Counted from the first letter of the stretch, positions 8,740-17,124 are shown. The stretch: 32,000 bases of DNA from a bacterium 1XD42-54 (GCA_003612585.1 RAZH01000003.1:70968-102967); one strand, 5' to 3'. Program-made: numbers and translations. Notes: generated from the letters alone by a model not told the origin.

Positions 8740-9576
8740 TTACAAGCCCATCATCTCACGCACAACACGGTCTGCCATCTTGACCGCACCGACAAGGACG
8801 AGCATATTGAACACCAATTCCCCGATATAGCCCCATACCATCGTGACCGCCGCCGCATCGGGGTTGACTGCGGGCGGGGACGCCGCAAACACCGAGAAGA
8901 TGATGCAGGCAAGCACGATGATTGCCCCCTCAAGGCACACGGCGGAGTAGCTCTTGATGAAGCTCTTGCCCACGCTCTGGCTCGGCTCCCCCGCAAACGA
9001 GGACAGCGGCACGGGGGCGATGGCGGTATATAAATATAGCTTAAAAAACCTGCCGTACACCGACATTATCATAATGAACGACAATACCGTGATGAACAGC
9101 CCGCCTATCAGCGTGACCGCCCAGAGAGGGATGCTCTCGAAAAAGCCGCAGTCCTCGACGGCTGTCACTATCTCTGTCGGCAGCACGGTCTTTTGTGCCG
9201 AGCCGAAGCCTGCGGCTTTCATGATTGCAGAAATCACGCCCTGCACGATTTTGAACAGAGCCATCATCAGCTCCAAGCCGTAAGTGACCGCACCTTTCGC
9301 AAGGGCGAAGCGGATGAACAGCTTCAATGCGTGTTCGGGCTTCTTCACGCTTGCGAAGTCGCCGCAGGTACGCATCACGCCGACGACGAAAAACAGCACG
9401 AGCAGGGCAAGCCCTATCGCCTGCAACGCTCCGTGGATGTCAACGATGACTTTCCATATCGCACCGCCTTTAAAGGTTTCTGGGGATTGGGTGATGAGCT
9501 GCCATATCTCGGCTAACTTTTCATTCCATGTGTCAAGGGCGTTCTCCAAGTTCTGGACTACCCAGTTGTCTGACAT
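8740..9576 (-). CDS. VirB6-like polytopic membrane protein (CD0415/CD1112-family type)
   Basis: 278 aa with RBS ACGGAGGTGG. It has at least 5 hydrophobic segments and an N-terminal MSDNWVVQNLENALDTWNEKL motif typical of this family. Confidence 0.85.
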   Translation of the reverse strand: MSDNWVVQNLENALDTWNEKLAEIWQLITQSPETFKGGAIWKVIVDIHGALQAIGLALLVLFFVVGVMRTCGDFASVKKPEHALKLFIRFALAKGAVTYGLELMMALFKIVQGVISAIMKAAGFGSAQKTVLPTEIVTAVEDCGFFESIPLWAVTLIGGLFITVLSFIMIMSVYGRFFKLYLYTAIAPVPLSSFAGEPSQSVGKSFIKSYSAVCLEGAIIVLACIIFSVFAASPPAVNPDAAAVTMVWGYIGELVFNMLVLVGAVKMADRVVREMMGL

Positions 9577-9606
9577 TCGACCACCTCCGTTCTTAAAATT
9601 TGATAG

Positions 9607-9638
9607 CGGGGCAAGTTCCGCAGAGCGGATCTGCCCCG
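9607..9638 (-). other. Stem-loop between the Maff2 gene and the VirB6-like gene (possible attenuator or mRNA-stability element)
   Basis: CGGGGCA (9607-9613) pairs with TGCCCCG (9632-9638). The enclosed loop contains an inner CCGC/GCGG 4-bp stem. On the minus strand only a short A/T-rich run follows. A 9-nt direct repeat CAGTCTGTT (9655-9663 and 9668-9676) lies nearby. Confidence 0.4.
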
Positions 9639-9681
9639 TTATCTTATCTTGTGTCAGTCTGTTATTTCAGTCTGTTTTGGA

Positions 9682-10038
9682 TTAGCCTGTGATGAGGGTC
9701 AAAATCTCTTTCGCAAAGGTAATCACAACGCCGCCCGCCAGTGTGAGGAAACCGTTCGCCCTCTGGGACGGGTCGTGGGATTTCAGCGACAAGCCGACCT
9801 GCACGATGCCGAAGCCGAGCATAATCATCCCGACCGCCCGTATCAGACCGAAGATGAAATTGGAAAGGTTGTTGACGACGGCAATCGGGTCATTGGCGGC
9901 AAAGGCGGTCATGGATGTGCCAAATACCATCATAACGGCAAGCACCGCCACGCAGTAATGGCGGAAGCCCTTTTTTACCTTGCCTGTCATCGGCAGTTTC
10001 TGGGTTGCTTTCTTCTCGTTTTTCTGGAAAAGTTTCAT
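9682..10038 (-). CDS. Maff2-family small membrane protein (candidate pilin-like/VirB2 analogue)
   Basis: 118 aa with a strong RBS (AAGGAGGA). It has a signal-like N-terminus ending AFAANDP and two further TM segments (FIFGLIRAVGMIMLGFGIV, FLTLAGGVVITF). Confidence 0.85.
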   Translation of the reverse strand: MKLFQKNEKKATQKLPMTGKVKKGFRHYCVAVLAVMMVFGTSMTAFAANDPIAVVNNLSNFIFGLIRAVGMIMLGFGIVQVGLSLKSHDPSQRANGFLTLAGGVVITFAKEILTLITG

Positions 10039-10052
10039 AGGGTAAATCCTCC

Positions 10053-11846
10053 TTATAAATTGAATATTTCTTCCAAGTCCTCATCGGACAGAAGCTCATA
10101 GGATGTGCTGACAGGGTTAAGCGCAACAGCGTCTTTTGGAATATCCCCGCCAAACACAAAGGTTGCGACCGCCTGCGTCGGCTCGCCGTGGATATACGGC
10201 GGCTTCCCCCCGTCGGCGGTCAGTTTCACATTCGGGTGTTTCAGGATGTCGTACTTCAAATCCATGACGGGGCGTTCCCCACGCACAAAAAGAAGTGCGT
10301 AGCGGTTGTCTAGCATACGCACCTCGTCTGGCGTTAAAAGCTCACGCCCCGAAATCTGGTAGTTAGTGGAATAGTTGCCGCTCCGCCCAGAGCTTTTCCC
10401 GTAGGTGTTGGTGTCTATCGTGGCTTTTCCAAGAAGCTCACTTACAAACTTATGGGTACTCTGCTCGTTGCCGCCGAGATAGAGGAACTCATCGGCATTG
10501 CCGACAATGCTTTCCCACTGTTTCTCAAACAGGGCTTTGAGCTGTGCCAGATTTTGCAGGATAATCGAAACGGACACGCCCCTTGACCTCATAACTGACA
10601 GTATCTTGTCAAAGTCATCGGGCAGCGAAACATTGGCAAATTCATCCATAATAAACTGGCAGTGGACGGGCAGACTCCCGCCGTACTTATGGTCGGCGAG
10701 GTAGAATAACTGTTGGAATAGCTGCGTGTATAACAGCGACACAAGGAAATTGAAACTGGTGTCGTTGTCTGGTATCAGTGCGAACAGTGCGACTTTCTTC
10801 TCCCCCAAAGACGGCAAATCCAATTCATCTGTGGCGGTCAATCCTGCAAGGCTTTCCAGATTAAACTTCTCAAGCCTTGCGGCAAGGGTTATCTGGATGC
10901 TCTTTAGCGTTTTGGCTGAACCAGAATGGTAATCTCTGTAATACTTTAATGCGATATGCTCTGGGTTTACCATCTCCAAGCGGTCAAACAATTCGTCAAG
11001 CGGGCTTACATAGCTGTCGTCATCCTCCCTTACCTCACCTGCCCTTAAAAGCTCCATCACCATCGGGAAATTCTGTTCCTCTGGCGGGGCTTCGTATTTC
11101 AGATAGAACACGAGGGACAATAGAAGCATACTCGCCGCCGTGTCCCAGAACGGGTCTTGCGACTGTGAGCCTTTCGGCGTGGTCGCCTTAAAGAGATTCG
11201 TCACAAGCCGCTGCACGTCGTTGTCGTTCCGAAGATAAACAAACGGGTTGTAACAGTGGCTCTTGTGCATGTTGATTAAATCAAGCACACGCACCTCATA
11301 GCCTTTCTTTTCCAAAAGCCCGCCCGTGTCACGGACAATCTCGCCCTTTGGGTCTAAGATTACCATTGACGTGTTGCACTGCATCACGTTCGGCTTACAA
11401 AAAAATCTGGTCTTTCCTGCACCAGAGCCGCCCACCACGAGGATATTCAGATTCCTCCTGTGCTTCTTCCCGTCAAGCCCGATGCGGACGCTCTGGGTCA
11501 GCAGCTTGTTCTCCGATGCGTCCTTATCTCGGTATTTTTTATTAAGCGTACCTGCGTTGCCCCATTTGGCAGAGCCGTGTTCCTCCCCTTTGCGGTAGTT
11601 CCTGCGTGTGGAAAAATAAACGCCGATTCCCATGCCGTAGGCAAGCAGAAAAATAAGGACAGTTTTCACGCTGTCCTTACACACCGTTATGGAAAACGGA
11701 TTCTCGATTGCTGCGGATAAGTTGCCGATTATCTCCACGATGCCGCCGCTGATATAAGGGGCTGTCAGCAGGGCAAGCCACACGACAGGGATAATGCCGC
11801 ATAAAGAGAGGATTAAGCCCGCCTTGTAATCATCACCGTTCTTCAT
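10053..11846 (-). CDS. virD4: VirD4/TraG-type coupling protein (CD1115-family type)
   Basis: 597 aa. Two N-terminal TM segments, Walker A VVGGSGAGKT and Walker B-like FIMDEFAN. Its start overlaps the upstream small gene by 14 nt. Confidence 0.95.
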   Translation of the reverse strand: MKNGDDYKAGLILSLCGIIPVVWLALLTAPYISGGIVEIIGNLSAAIENPFSITVCKDSVKTVLIFLLAYGMGIGVYFSTRRNYRKGEEHGSAKWGNAGTLNKKYRDKDASENKLLTQSVRIGLDGKKHRRNLNILVVGGSGAGKTRFFCKPNVMQCNTSMVILDPKGEIVRDTGGLLEKKGYEVRVLDLINMHKSHCYNPFVYLRNDNDVQRLVTNLFKATTPKGSQSQDPFWDTAASMLLLSLVFYLKYEAPPEEQNFPMVMELLRAGEVREDDDSYVSPLDELFDRLEMVNPEHIALKYYRDYHSGSAKTLKSIQITLAARLEKFNLESLAGLTATDELDLPSLGEKKVALFALIPDNDTSFNFLVSLLYTQLFQQLFYLADHKYGGSLPVHCQFIMDEFANVSLPDDFDKILSVMRSRGVSVSIILQNLAQLKALFEKQWESIVGNADEFLYLGGNEQSTHKFVSELLGKATIDTNTYGKSSGRSGNYSTNYQISGRELLTPDEVRMLDNRYALLFVRGERPVMDLKYDILKHPNVKLTADGGKPPYIHGEPTQAVATFVFGGDIPKDAVALNPVSTSYELLSDEDLEEIFNL

Positions 11847-12030
11847 GGCACTTGCACGGGGCGACCTTTACTTTCTTGGTCGGGGCGAATGCCACCCTGC
11901 TTATCAGCTCGTCAACAGGCTCGGTGGGGCGTTCCTCCTGTATCTGCTGCGTCCGCAGGGTGTTGAGGGCATTGAGGACGATGTTCTTATCGTATTTATC
12001 CAATGCCAGATGGTATCGTTCTTCTTTCAT
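11833..12030 (-). CDS. Small conserved hypothetical protein
   Basis: 65 aa from ATG 12030. The track start at 12039 is a GTG inside the GGAGGTG RBS. It ends ...CKCHEER. Confidence 0.7.
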   Translation of the reverse strand: MKEERYHLALDKYDKNIVLNALNTLRTQQIQEERPTEPVDELISRVAFAPTKKVKVAPCKCHEER

Positions 12031-12045
12031 TGGCTGCACCTCCGA

Positions 12046-12909
12046 TTAGCGTTCCTGCTCTTTGGATTTGGGCGGCTTGTTCTTTTCAAGGCTCTTATAC
12101 ATGTCCGACTGGATTTCGCCGAGGACGTCACGCATCGAGCCAAGCTCGCCTTTAAATTCCTGCGTTTCCATACCCTCAAATTCTTTCGGGAGCTTGTCAA
12201 AGCTAAAACCTTTCGTGTCCACGCCGTAGCGGGAGCTTACCATATAGGCAACGCAGAACGATTTGAACTCTGAAGCGTCACGGCTTTCCTTATGCTTGAA
12301 GTCAAAGACCGCCGCCGACACTTCCTTTGCCATGCTGACAAAGAGCTGTTCCTCGGAAAGCCCCGTCTTGATGAAGATGGTCTGCTGTGCGCTGTCGTAG
12401 AACGCAGGCAGCTCAAGGTCGTCCACTGGCACAAAGGAAACGGGGCTTGCGTCAATCATCGCCGACACAAGCTCCCGCATGGTTTTGGCTTCCTGCGGCT
12501 GCTGCCTGTCCTTTGCCGAGGTCTGGGAAATGTCATAGACTATCTTGGCGTTGTAGCCGACCGCCTTTGAGCCGTCCTCCCGCTCATACTCTTTCCCCGG
12601 CTCAAGGATGGTGACTTTCTGTGCGTCCTTGTCCACATAGGCACGGCTCTGTTTCCAACTGCCGTAATCTTTAAGCTGCGTCGCTTCGGGCATCTGTGCC
12701 GAAACCAAGATGGCGTTGTTGACGGAGTAGCGGTCAAAATGCCCCTGCACGTCAAGGTACTGGCGAAAGCTGTCGCCGTCCGCCATCATTTCAGAACAGG
12801 TATTGTCAATCAGCCCATAGGCTTCTTTCCGCTGCTCCTGCTTTTGGGCAGCCCATTCCTCTTTGTTAAAGGCTCTGTTGCCGCCGCTGAATACATCATA
12901 AATGCTCAT
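12046..12909 (-). CDS. Stand-alone ArdC-N-like (ssDNA-binding antirestriction-type) protein; paralogue of the N-terminal module of the polyvalent protein
   Basis: 287 aa with RBS AAAGGAG. NNAILVSAQMPEATQLKDYGSWKQSRAYVDKDAQKVTILEP aligns by eye with LLIYAQRPDATAVAEIGTWNRLFKRWVNKDSKGIAVFDP of the big ORF. SFCVAYMVSSRYGVD likewise aligns with NSVAYMLLSRCGLD. Confidence 0.75.
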   Translation of the reverse strand: MSIYDVFSGGNRAFNKEEWAAQKQEQRKEAYGLIDNTCSEMMADGDSFRQYLDVQGHFDRYSVNNAILVSAQMPEATQLKDYGSWKQSRAYVDKDAQKVTILEPGKEYEREDGSKAVGYNAKIVYDISQTSAKDRQQPQEAKTMRELVSAMIDASPVSFVPVDDLELPAFYDSAQQTIFIKTGLSEEQLFVSMAKEVSAAVFDFKHKESRDASEFKSFCVAYMVSSRYGVDTKGFSFDKLPKEFEGMETQEFKGELGSMRDVLGEIQSDMYKSLEKNKPPKSKEQER

Positions 12910-12911
12910 GC

Positions 12912-13766
12912 TTATCTCGCTCCTTTCGATTTTGGTTTCCGTTTCCGCTTCTGGGGCTGTTTATGCTCCGTCTTTCCTGCGGGCGGTTTCTTCGACCTGT
13001 CAGAAGATTTCTCTTTTGCAGGGGAAACATCCGCTTCCTGCTCCTTGCGGCTCTCCTTTATCTTCCGCAGTTCTTCCCTGACTGACGGTTTCTCCGCCTT
13101 AGCCATAGCAGCCCCCTCTGCGGGCTTCCTTTGCTGCTTTAAGGTAGGCTCGGACAGAGGGGATTTTTCTGTCTTTGCCACCGAGGGGTTTGGGGCGTTT
13201 TCCTCCTTTTGGAGCGGCTTGCCCATAAGGGCGTCCATGAGCCTGTCTTTCTCCGCCTTTTCCTCCACGCCGACGTCTGGCTCTGGCTGACCGTCCTTTG
13301 CATCTGCATCTTTTACATCTGCGGTTTTGTCAGCTTTCGCCTTTTCCCCTTTCGATTTCTCCGCTTCGGTCACAATGGAAGCAGTATCTACCGACGCAAG
13401 GCTGAACCGCTCCACAATGCGGCTGATTTTCGATGCGTCCTCGGCTCTCGCAATCACGTCCACCTCCGCATTGGGGTCTTTGTTCCCCCTGTCTGCCAAA
13501 ACGCAGTAGAGTACGCCGTATTTCTTCGCTTCCTGCGTGAACTTCTTCAAGTCGCCGCTCTTTACGGTAAAGACTTTCAGCTCCTTGCCAGAGCGGAGCA
13601 TGTTTGTGAGCCTTGCCTTTCCTTTGGTTTTCTGTTCTTCCTTTAAGATGGAATATAAGAGGATGGCGATGTTCTTCGCACCCGCCCCCGTGATTCTGGC
13701 TGCGACCTCAAATCCCTCCAAGCTCATCCTTACGATTTGCTCCGCCGCTTCGCCGCCTGTGTTCAT
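12912..13766 (-). CDS. pcfB: PcfB-family (DUF3801) protein
   Basis: 284 aa with RBS AAAGGAG. N-terminal PcfB-like domain (IVRMSLEGFEVAARITGAGAKNIAILLY ... KELKVFTV ... YGVLYCVL) followed by a long K/E/P-rich tail. Confidence 0.85.
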   Translation of the reverse strand: MNTGGEAAEQIVRMSLEGFEVAARITGAGAKNIAILLYSILKEEQKTKGKARLTNMLRSGKELKVFTVKSGDLKKFTQEAKKYGVLYCVLADRGNKDPNAEVDVIARAEDASKISRIVERFSLASVDTASIVTEAEKSKGEKAKADKTADVKDADAKDGQPEPDVGVEEKAEKDRLMDALMGKPLQKEENAPNPSVAKTEKSPLSEPTLKQQRKPAEGAAMAKAEKPSVREELRKIKESRKEQEADVSPAKEKSSDRSKKPPAGKTEHKQPQKRKRKPKSKGAR

Positions 13767-15120
13767 GCTTCATCAGCTCCTTTCCTTTCTTCTCTTTTTC
13801 GTCTGCCCGTATGACATTTAAATTTTCTTTGAGGGTGTCGCTGCGGGCTTCGATTCCCTCACATAATCTGACCTCCCTCCGCAATGTTTTCATACGCCCC
13901 GTGATTTCCGACAGCCGAGCCTTGACCGCTTCCTTTTCTTTGCCGCTTGCCTTGCGGCTCTGGGAGTAAAGCCCCTTGCGCTGTTCGGTCAGCTCCTGCA
14001 TCTCGGATTCCAGAGAGCCTTTATAAGACAAAAGCTGCCCCGCCGTGTCGATATGGTTGCGGCAGAGCAGCCTTGTTTCGTTTGTGATGGCTTCCATCTT
14101 CAGCAAGTCATCTTTCAGAAGATAGTGAAGCCTTGCATAGTTCTGTTGTTTCTTCTTTGGCAGGATGCCGAGCTTGTAGCAGTAGTGGAGATACAGCCCA
14201 CGCAAGCCGCCGATTTTCTTTGCGTCTTTCAGAGAGCCACGGACACGGTACACTTTGACCTGCGGCTGTTCTCTGGAAAAGTTCTGGAATTTGACCGCAT
14301 AGGAATTTTCCCTTATGCGTTCCGTTATCCGCTCATTGGTGTAGTCCCCGCCGAGCTTGTAGAGCCGCTTCGGTCTTTGCCATCCCTTGCCGATTATCGT
14401 CCAGTATTTTCGGTTGGGGTCAAAATTGATGCGGTATCCCATTTCCGACAACTGGCGGTCAAAGTCTTTCAGCGTGAACGATTTTGAGATGGCTTCGTCC
14501 ACCGCCTGCCGTGCCACGCTGTCCCTCGTAGGCAGACCGTTTTTCTCGGCTTGGCAGAGGACATAGGGCTTCTTCCTGCCGCTTGGATGTTCGATGACCG
14601 ATAAGGAATACTCACGGCACAATTCATCCGAACGCTGACGGAGCAGCCGCAGGTTCTTCTTGTTGTCGTGGTAATGCCTGCCGTCAATATAGGAAACAGA
14701 GTTGACGACAAAGTGGTTGTGCAGGCATTCCGTGTTCAGATGTGTCGCCACGATTACTTGAAACCTTTCTCCCCACATCTTCTCCGCCAGCTTCACGCCG
14801 ACCTCATGGGCAACCTCTGGTGTGACCTCGCCATGCTTGAAGCTCTGGAAGCCGTGGTAGCAGACAATCTCGCTCTGGTCGTTCCATTGGGCTTTTGCCA
14901 TCATCATCTCGTCCCTTGCGGTGGCAGGGTCGCAGTTTACGCCCGTGACGAAAAACTGCCGCTCGGTCTTGTCGCCGTTGGTGGCGTACTTCATCACGTC
15001 ACCCATCGCCTGCAAGTCCGCATCCGTATATTTGGGGTTGGCGGTCTTCTCTGGATTCTCGGCATAGTCGATGGGGTGGTCGAGCCTGCCCTTTACGTCC
15101 CATATCTCGCAGACCGCCAT
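13708..15120 (-). CDS. Relaxase / mobilisation nuclease (MobA/VirD2-type domain)
   Basis: 470 aa from ATG 15120, which forms an ATGA overlap with the mobC stop; the track ORF extends to 15183. Histidine triad context ATHLNTECLHNHFVVNSV, with a coiled-coil C-terminus. The last 59 nt overlap the pcfB start. Confidence 0.92.
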   Translation of the reverse strand: MAVCEIWDVKGRLDHPIDYAENPEKTANPKYTDADLQAMGDVMKYATNGDKTERQFFVTGVNCDPATARDEMMMAKAQWNDQSEIVCYHGFQSFKHGEVTPEVAHEVGVKLAEKMWGERFQVIVATHLNTECLHNHFVVNSVSYIDGRHYHDNKKNLRLLRQRSDELCREYSLSVIEHPSGRKKPYVLCQAEKNGLPTRDSVARQAVDEAISKSFTLKDFDRQLSEMGYRINFDPNRKYWTIIGKGWQRPKRLYKLGGDYTNERITERIRENSYAVKFQNFSREQPQVKVYRVRGSLKDAKKIGGLRGLYLHYCYKLGILPKKKQQNYARLHYLLKDDLLKMEAITNETRLLCRNHIDTAGQLLSYKGSLESEMQELTEQRKGLYSQSRKASGKEKEAVKARLSEITGRMKTLRREVRLCEGIEARSDTLKENLNVIRADEKEKKGKELMKHEHRRRSGGANRKDELGGI

Positions 15121-15452
15121 CAGCCAGACATCTTCCTCGGCACAAGGTAGCACTTGCCCACGTCCAGACGGAAGTCCCGCCAACGCTTGGCTTCGTCATA
15201 GAGCATCGGCGTGTCCACAAAGTTTAGGGCGTTCGCTTTTGCCGCAAGCTGGTTGATGCGGTTGCCGATGGCGGACAGCTCCCGCATGATTTTATAAAAC
15301 TCTGGGTCTGGCTTCTCGCACAGGCGGTAGCCCATGACCATCGACTGGAGCAGGGCTTGTCTGGAATGCCCCGCCCGCTCTGCAAGGGAGCAGAGGTATT
15401 CAGCTTCTTCCTCGGTCAGTCGGAACAGTATCTGCACGTTTCGTTTCCGCAT
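15120..15452 (-). CDS. mobC: MobC-family relaxosome accessory protein (ribbon-helix-helix)
   Basis: 110 aa. Motifs: ILFRLTEEEAEYLCSLAERAG ... SAIGNRINQLAAKAN. Confidence 0.9.
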   Translation of the reverse strand: MRKRNVQILFRLTEEEAEYLCSLAERAGHSRQALLQSMVMGYRLCEKPDPEFYKIMRELSAIGNRINQLAAKANALNFVDTPMLYDEAKRWRDFRLDVGKCYLVPRKMSG

Positions 15453-15564
15453 CCAAATCCCCCTTTCCCTCGGAGAGCCTGTTAACCTGCAGCACGCACA
15501 TACACGCCACGCCGAACATCCCTCCGAGCGTTGTGCCGAGAGCGAAGAACAATAAATCTCTCAT
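15400..15564 (-). CDS. Unlisted small hydrophobic protein, DUF3789-like
   Basis: Hand translation gives 54 aa: MRDLLFFALGTTLGGMFGVACMCVLQVNRLSEGKGDLDAETKRADTVPTDRGRS. Strong RBS (GAAAGGAG) 9 nt before ATG 15564. Its 3' end overlaps mobC by 53 nt in another frame. Below the 60-aa cutoff of the ORF track. Confidence 0.5.
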   Translation of the reverse strand: MRDLLFFALGTTLGGMFGVACMCVLQVNRLSEGKGDLDAETKRADTVPTDRGRS

Positions 15565-15586
15565 CCTTAAAAACTCCTTTCTTCCT

Positions 15587-15660
15587 GCCGCACTCTGGCG
15601 GCGGTCTTTTCCACGGGGTATTAGGGGAGCTTTCCCCTAACAAGCGAATTTTGTTTCCAT
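15587..15660 (-). promoter_or_regulatory. Candidate oriT region upstream of the DUF3789-like/mobC/relaxase genes
   Basis: Two inverted repeats in a 139-nt non-coding gap. One is GCCGC (15587-15591) / GCGGC (15598-15602). The other is a perfect 8-bp palindrome, TTAGGGGA gctt TCCCCTAA (15621-15640), followed by CAAGCGAATTTTG. The position next to the relaxosome genes is typical for an oriT. Confidence 0.35.
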
Positions 15661-15703
15661 CGGAAGATGGATAACCAAATTCAGTGCTTGGTAAGACGTG
15701 TCT

Positions 15704-15994
15704 TTAATCCCCACCCTCATGACAGCATCCTTTACATACCGTTCTGAAGCACGGACACTCCGAACAGCAGCCGTCCTCAAAATCCTCTCCCTCGGATTCG
15801 ATTTCTTCCCCTGCATCCTCCATAGGGTCGTTAATCTCGGCTTCGCCGCAGACAAAATCCTCTTGGGAAAACTTCACAAGGTCGGTATCAAACAGGACGG
15901 TCTTTAACTTCTCCGCCGCCTGTTCGGGGCTGTCGGCATGGATGGAAACGGTCTTTGCATAGTGGGCGACAAGGGTCACTTCATAGTTTTTCAA
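15704..15994 (-). CDS. Acidic small protein with a C-terminal cysteine cluster (unknown function)
   Basis: 96 aa. It appears to start at TTG 15994 with a GGGAGGA RBS 8 nt upstream; there is no nearby in-frame ATG. The C-terminus DGCCSECPCFRTVCKGCCHEGGD has 8 Cys in 23 residues and follows a D/E-rich segment. Confidence 0.65.
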   Translation of the reverse strand: MKNYEVTLVAHYAKTVSIHADSPEQAAEKLKTVLFDTDLVKFSQEDFVCGEAEINDPMEDAGEEIESEGEDFEDGCCSECPCFRTVCKGCCHEGGD

Positions 15995-16067
15995 TCGGTC
16001 TTTCCTCCCTTTTGGTCTTAAATTTAATGATAGTTACGTTGTTCCTAACAGAAAAATCTTCACGCAG

Positions 16068-17057
16068 TCAGCGGGCATCCCTTCTTTCACGGCTCGGTTT
16101 CTGCCTTGCAATCCCCAGATAGGACATTAAAAAATCGTTGAAGTCCTTGCCAACTGGCGGCGGTTCATCAACGATTTGGTAGTCTTTCTGCAATAATTCT
16201 TTCAATGCGGCGGTACATAAACGACCTGCCCTGTCCTTATCCAGATGCAGAAATATGGTCTTGATTTGTGGATTTGCTTTCAAAAAAGTCGTGAGGGCAA
16301 TAGGAATTTTGCTTTCTTTCAGCTCTTTCTTCGGCTGATATACGCCCGACAGCGAGAGAAGATTCTCTGCCTTATAATCCTTTCCCTCGCATTTTAAATA
16401 GGTGGCATAGGATAATAAATCAATGGCGGCTTCAAATAAATGCACGGCATCGGTCGGGTCTTTTGCCAGAAGCCGAAACGAATACCGCTTGTCGCTGCCC
16501 GATGCGTCACGCTTGAAGTTCCCCATCGTGCCACGGCAGGCAGCATATTTTGGCGTTCCGTTCTCATCTTTCCCGATAAAAACGGCGTTGTGGTAGTCGG
16601 CACTCTCGAAAATAATCCCCTCGGCAATGCACTCTTGAATAATCTGGTAGTCAATGCCACGCCCGAAAAGATACTCTGCCACCCTGTCACAATTTTTGTT
16701 CTTCGGCGGCAGGAGCAGCACCTTTGGCTCGTCTTTCTTCACGGCAGGGGGCGGCGGTTTCCAGTCCGCCATCGTCTGCCCCGTGAGGGTTTCCACGGCT
16801 TCCACAAATCCGTATTCCTTGACTTTCATCAGATAGTCAAGGGCAGAATAGCCGCCGAAGCCCCTCGACCACCAGTACCATTTTCCGTTGGAAATCTTTA
16901 GGCTGTCATGCTCGGCGGTACAGTAGACGTTCGTCGTGCCTTTGACTTTGACAAGGTTGCTCGGCTCATAGGCTCTAAGATAGGAGAGTAAATCTATCTG
17001 CCTTGCCTGCTCAAGCACGTCGGGGTCAATCTGCACATAGGGTCTGTTACTTCTCAT
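16068..17057 (-). CDS. DUF3991 + Toprim domain protein (primase-like)
   Basis: 329 aa. N-terminal zinc-less primase-like region (KWYWWSRGFGGYSALDYL) and a Toprim-like C-terminus (VHLFEAAIDLLSY ... IFLHLDKDRAG). Confidence 0.9.
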   Translation of the reverse strand: MRSNRPYVQIDPDVLEQARQIDLLSYLRAYEPSNLVKVKGTTNVYCTAEHDSLKISNGKWYWWSRGFGGYSALDYLMKVKEYGFVEAVETLTGQTMADWKPPPPAVKKDEPKVLLLPPKNKNCDRVAEYLFGRGIDYQIIQECIAEGIIFESADYHNAVFIGKDENGTPKYAACRGTMGNFKRDASGSDKRYSFRLLAKDPTDAVHLFEAAIDLLSYATYLKCEGKDYKAENLLSLSGVYQPKKELKESKIPIALTTFLKANPQIKTIFLHLDKDRAGRLCTAALKELLQKDYQIVDEPPPVGKDFNDFLMSYLGIARQKPSRERRDAR

Positions 17058-17086
17058 TCAAATAAAATCACCTCCAGAAATGAATT

Positions 17087-17124
17087 TAGCCGAAGGATTT
17101 TCGCTAATGAAAACCTCTCGGCTA
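17087..17124 (-). other. Long imperfect hairpin at the left junction of the low-GC islet
   Basis: TAGCCGAAGGATTTTC gctaat GAAAACCTCTCGGCTA forms about 14 bp with two single-nt bulges. It lies between the stop of the 240-aa gene and the Toprim gene start. No clean U-tract follows. Confidence 0.35.

Noticed and set aside
13708-13766. 59-nt overlap between the relaxase 3' end and the pcfB start, considered as a possible frameshift or pseudogene sign
   Set aside because: Both ORFs are full length with intact domains. The overlap only adds a short, unconserved-looking tail to the relaxase, and pcfB has a good RBS.
15637-15855. 72-aa minus-strand ORF overlapping the 96-aa gene and the candidate oriT gap
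   Set aside because: It lies out of frame within the better-supported 15704-15994 ORF, has no RBS and gives a basic, noise-like translation.
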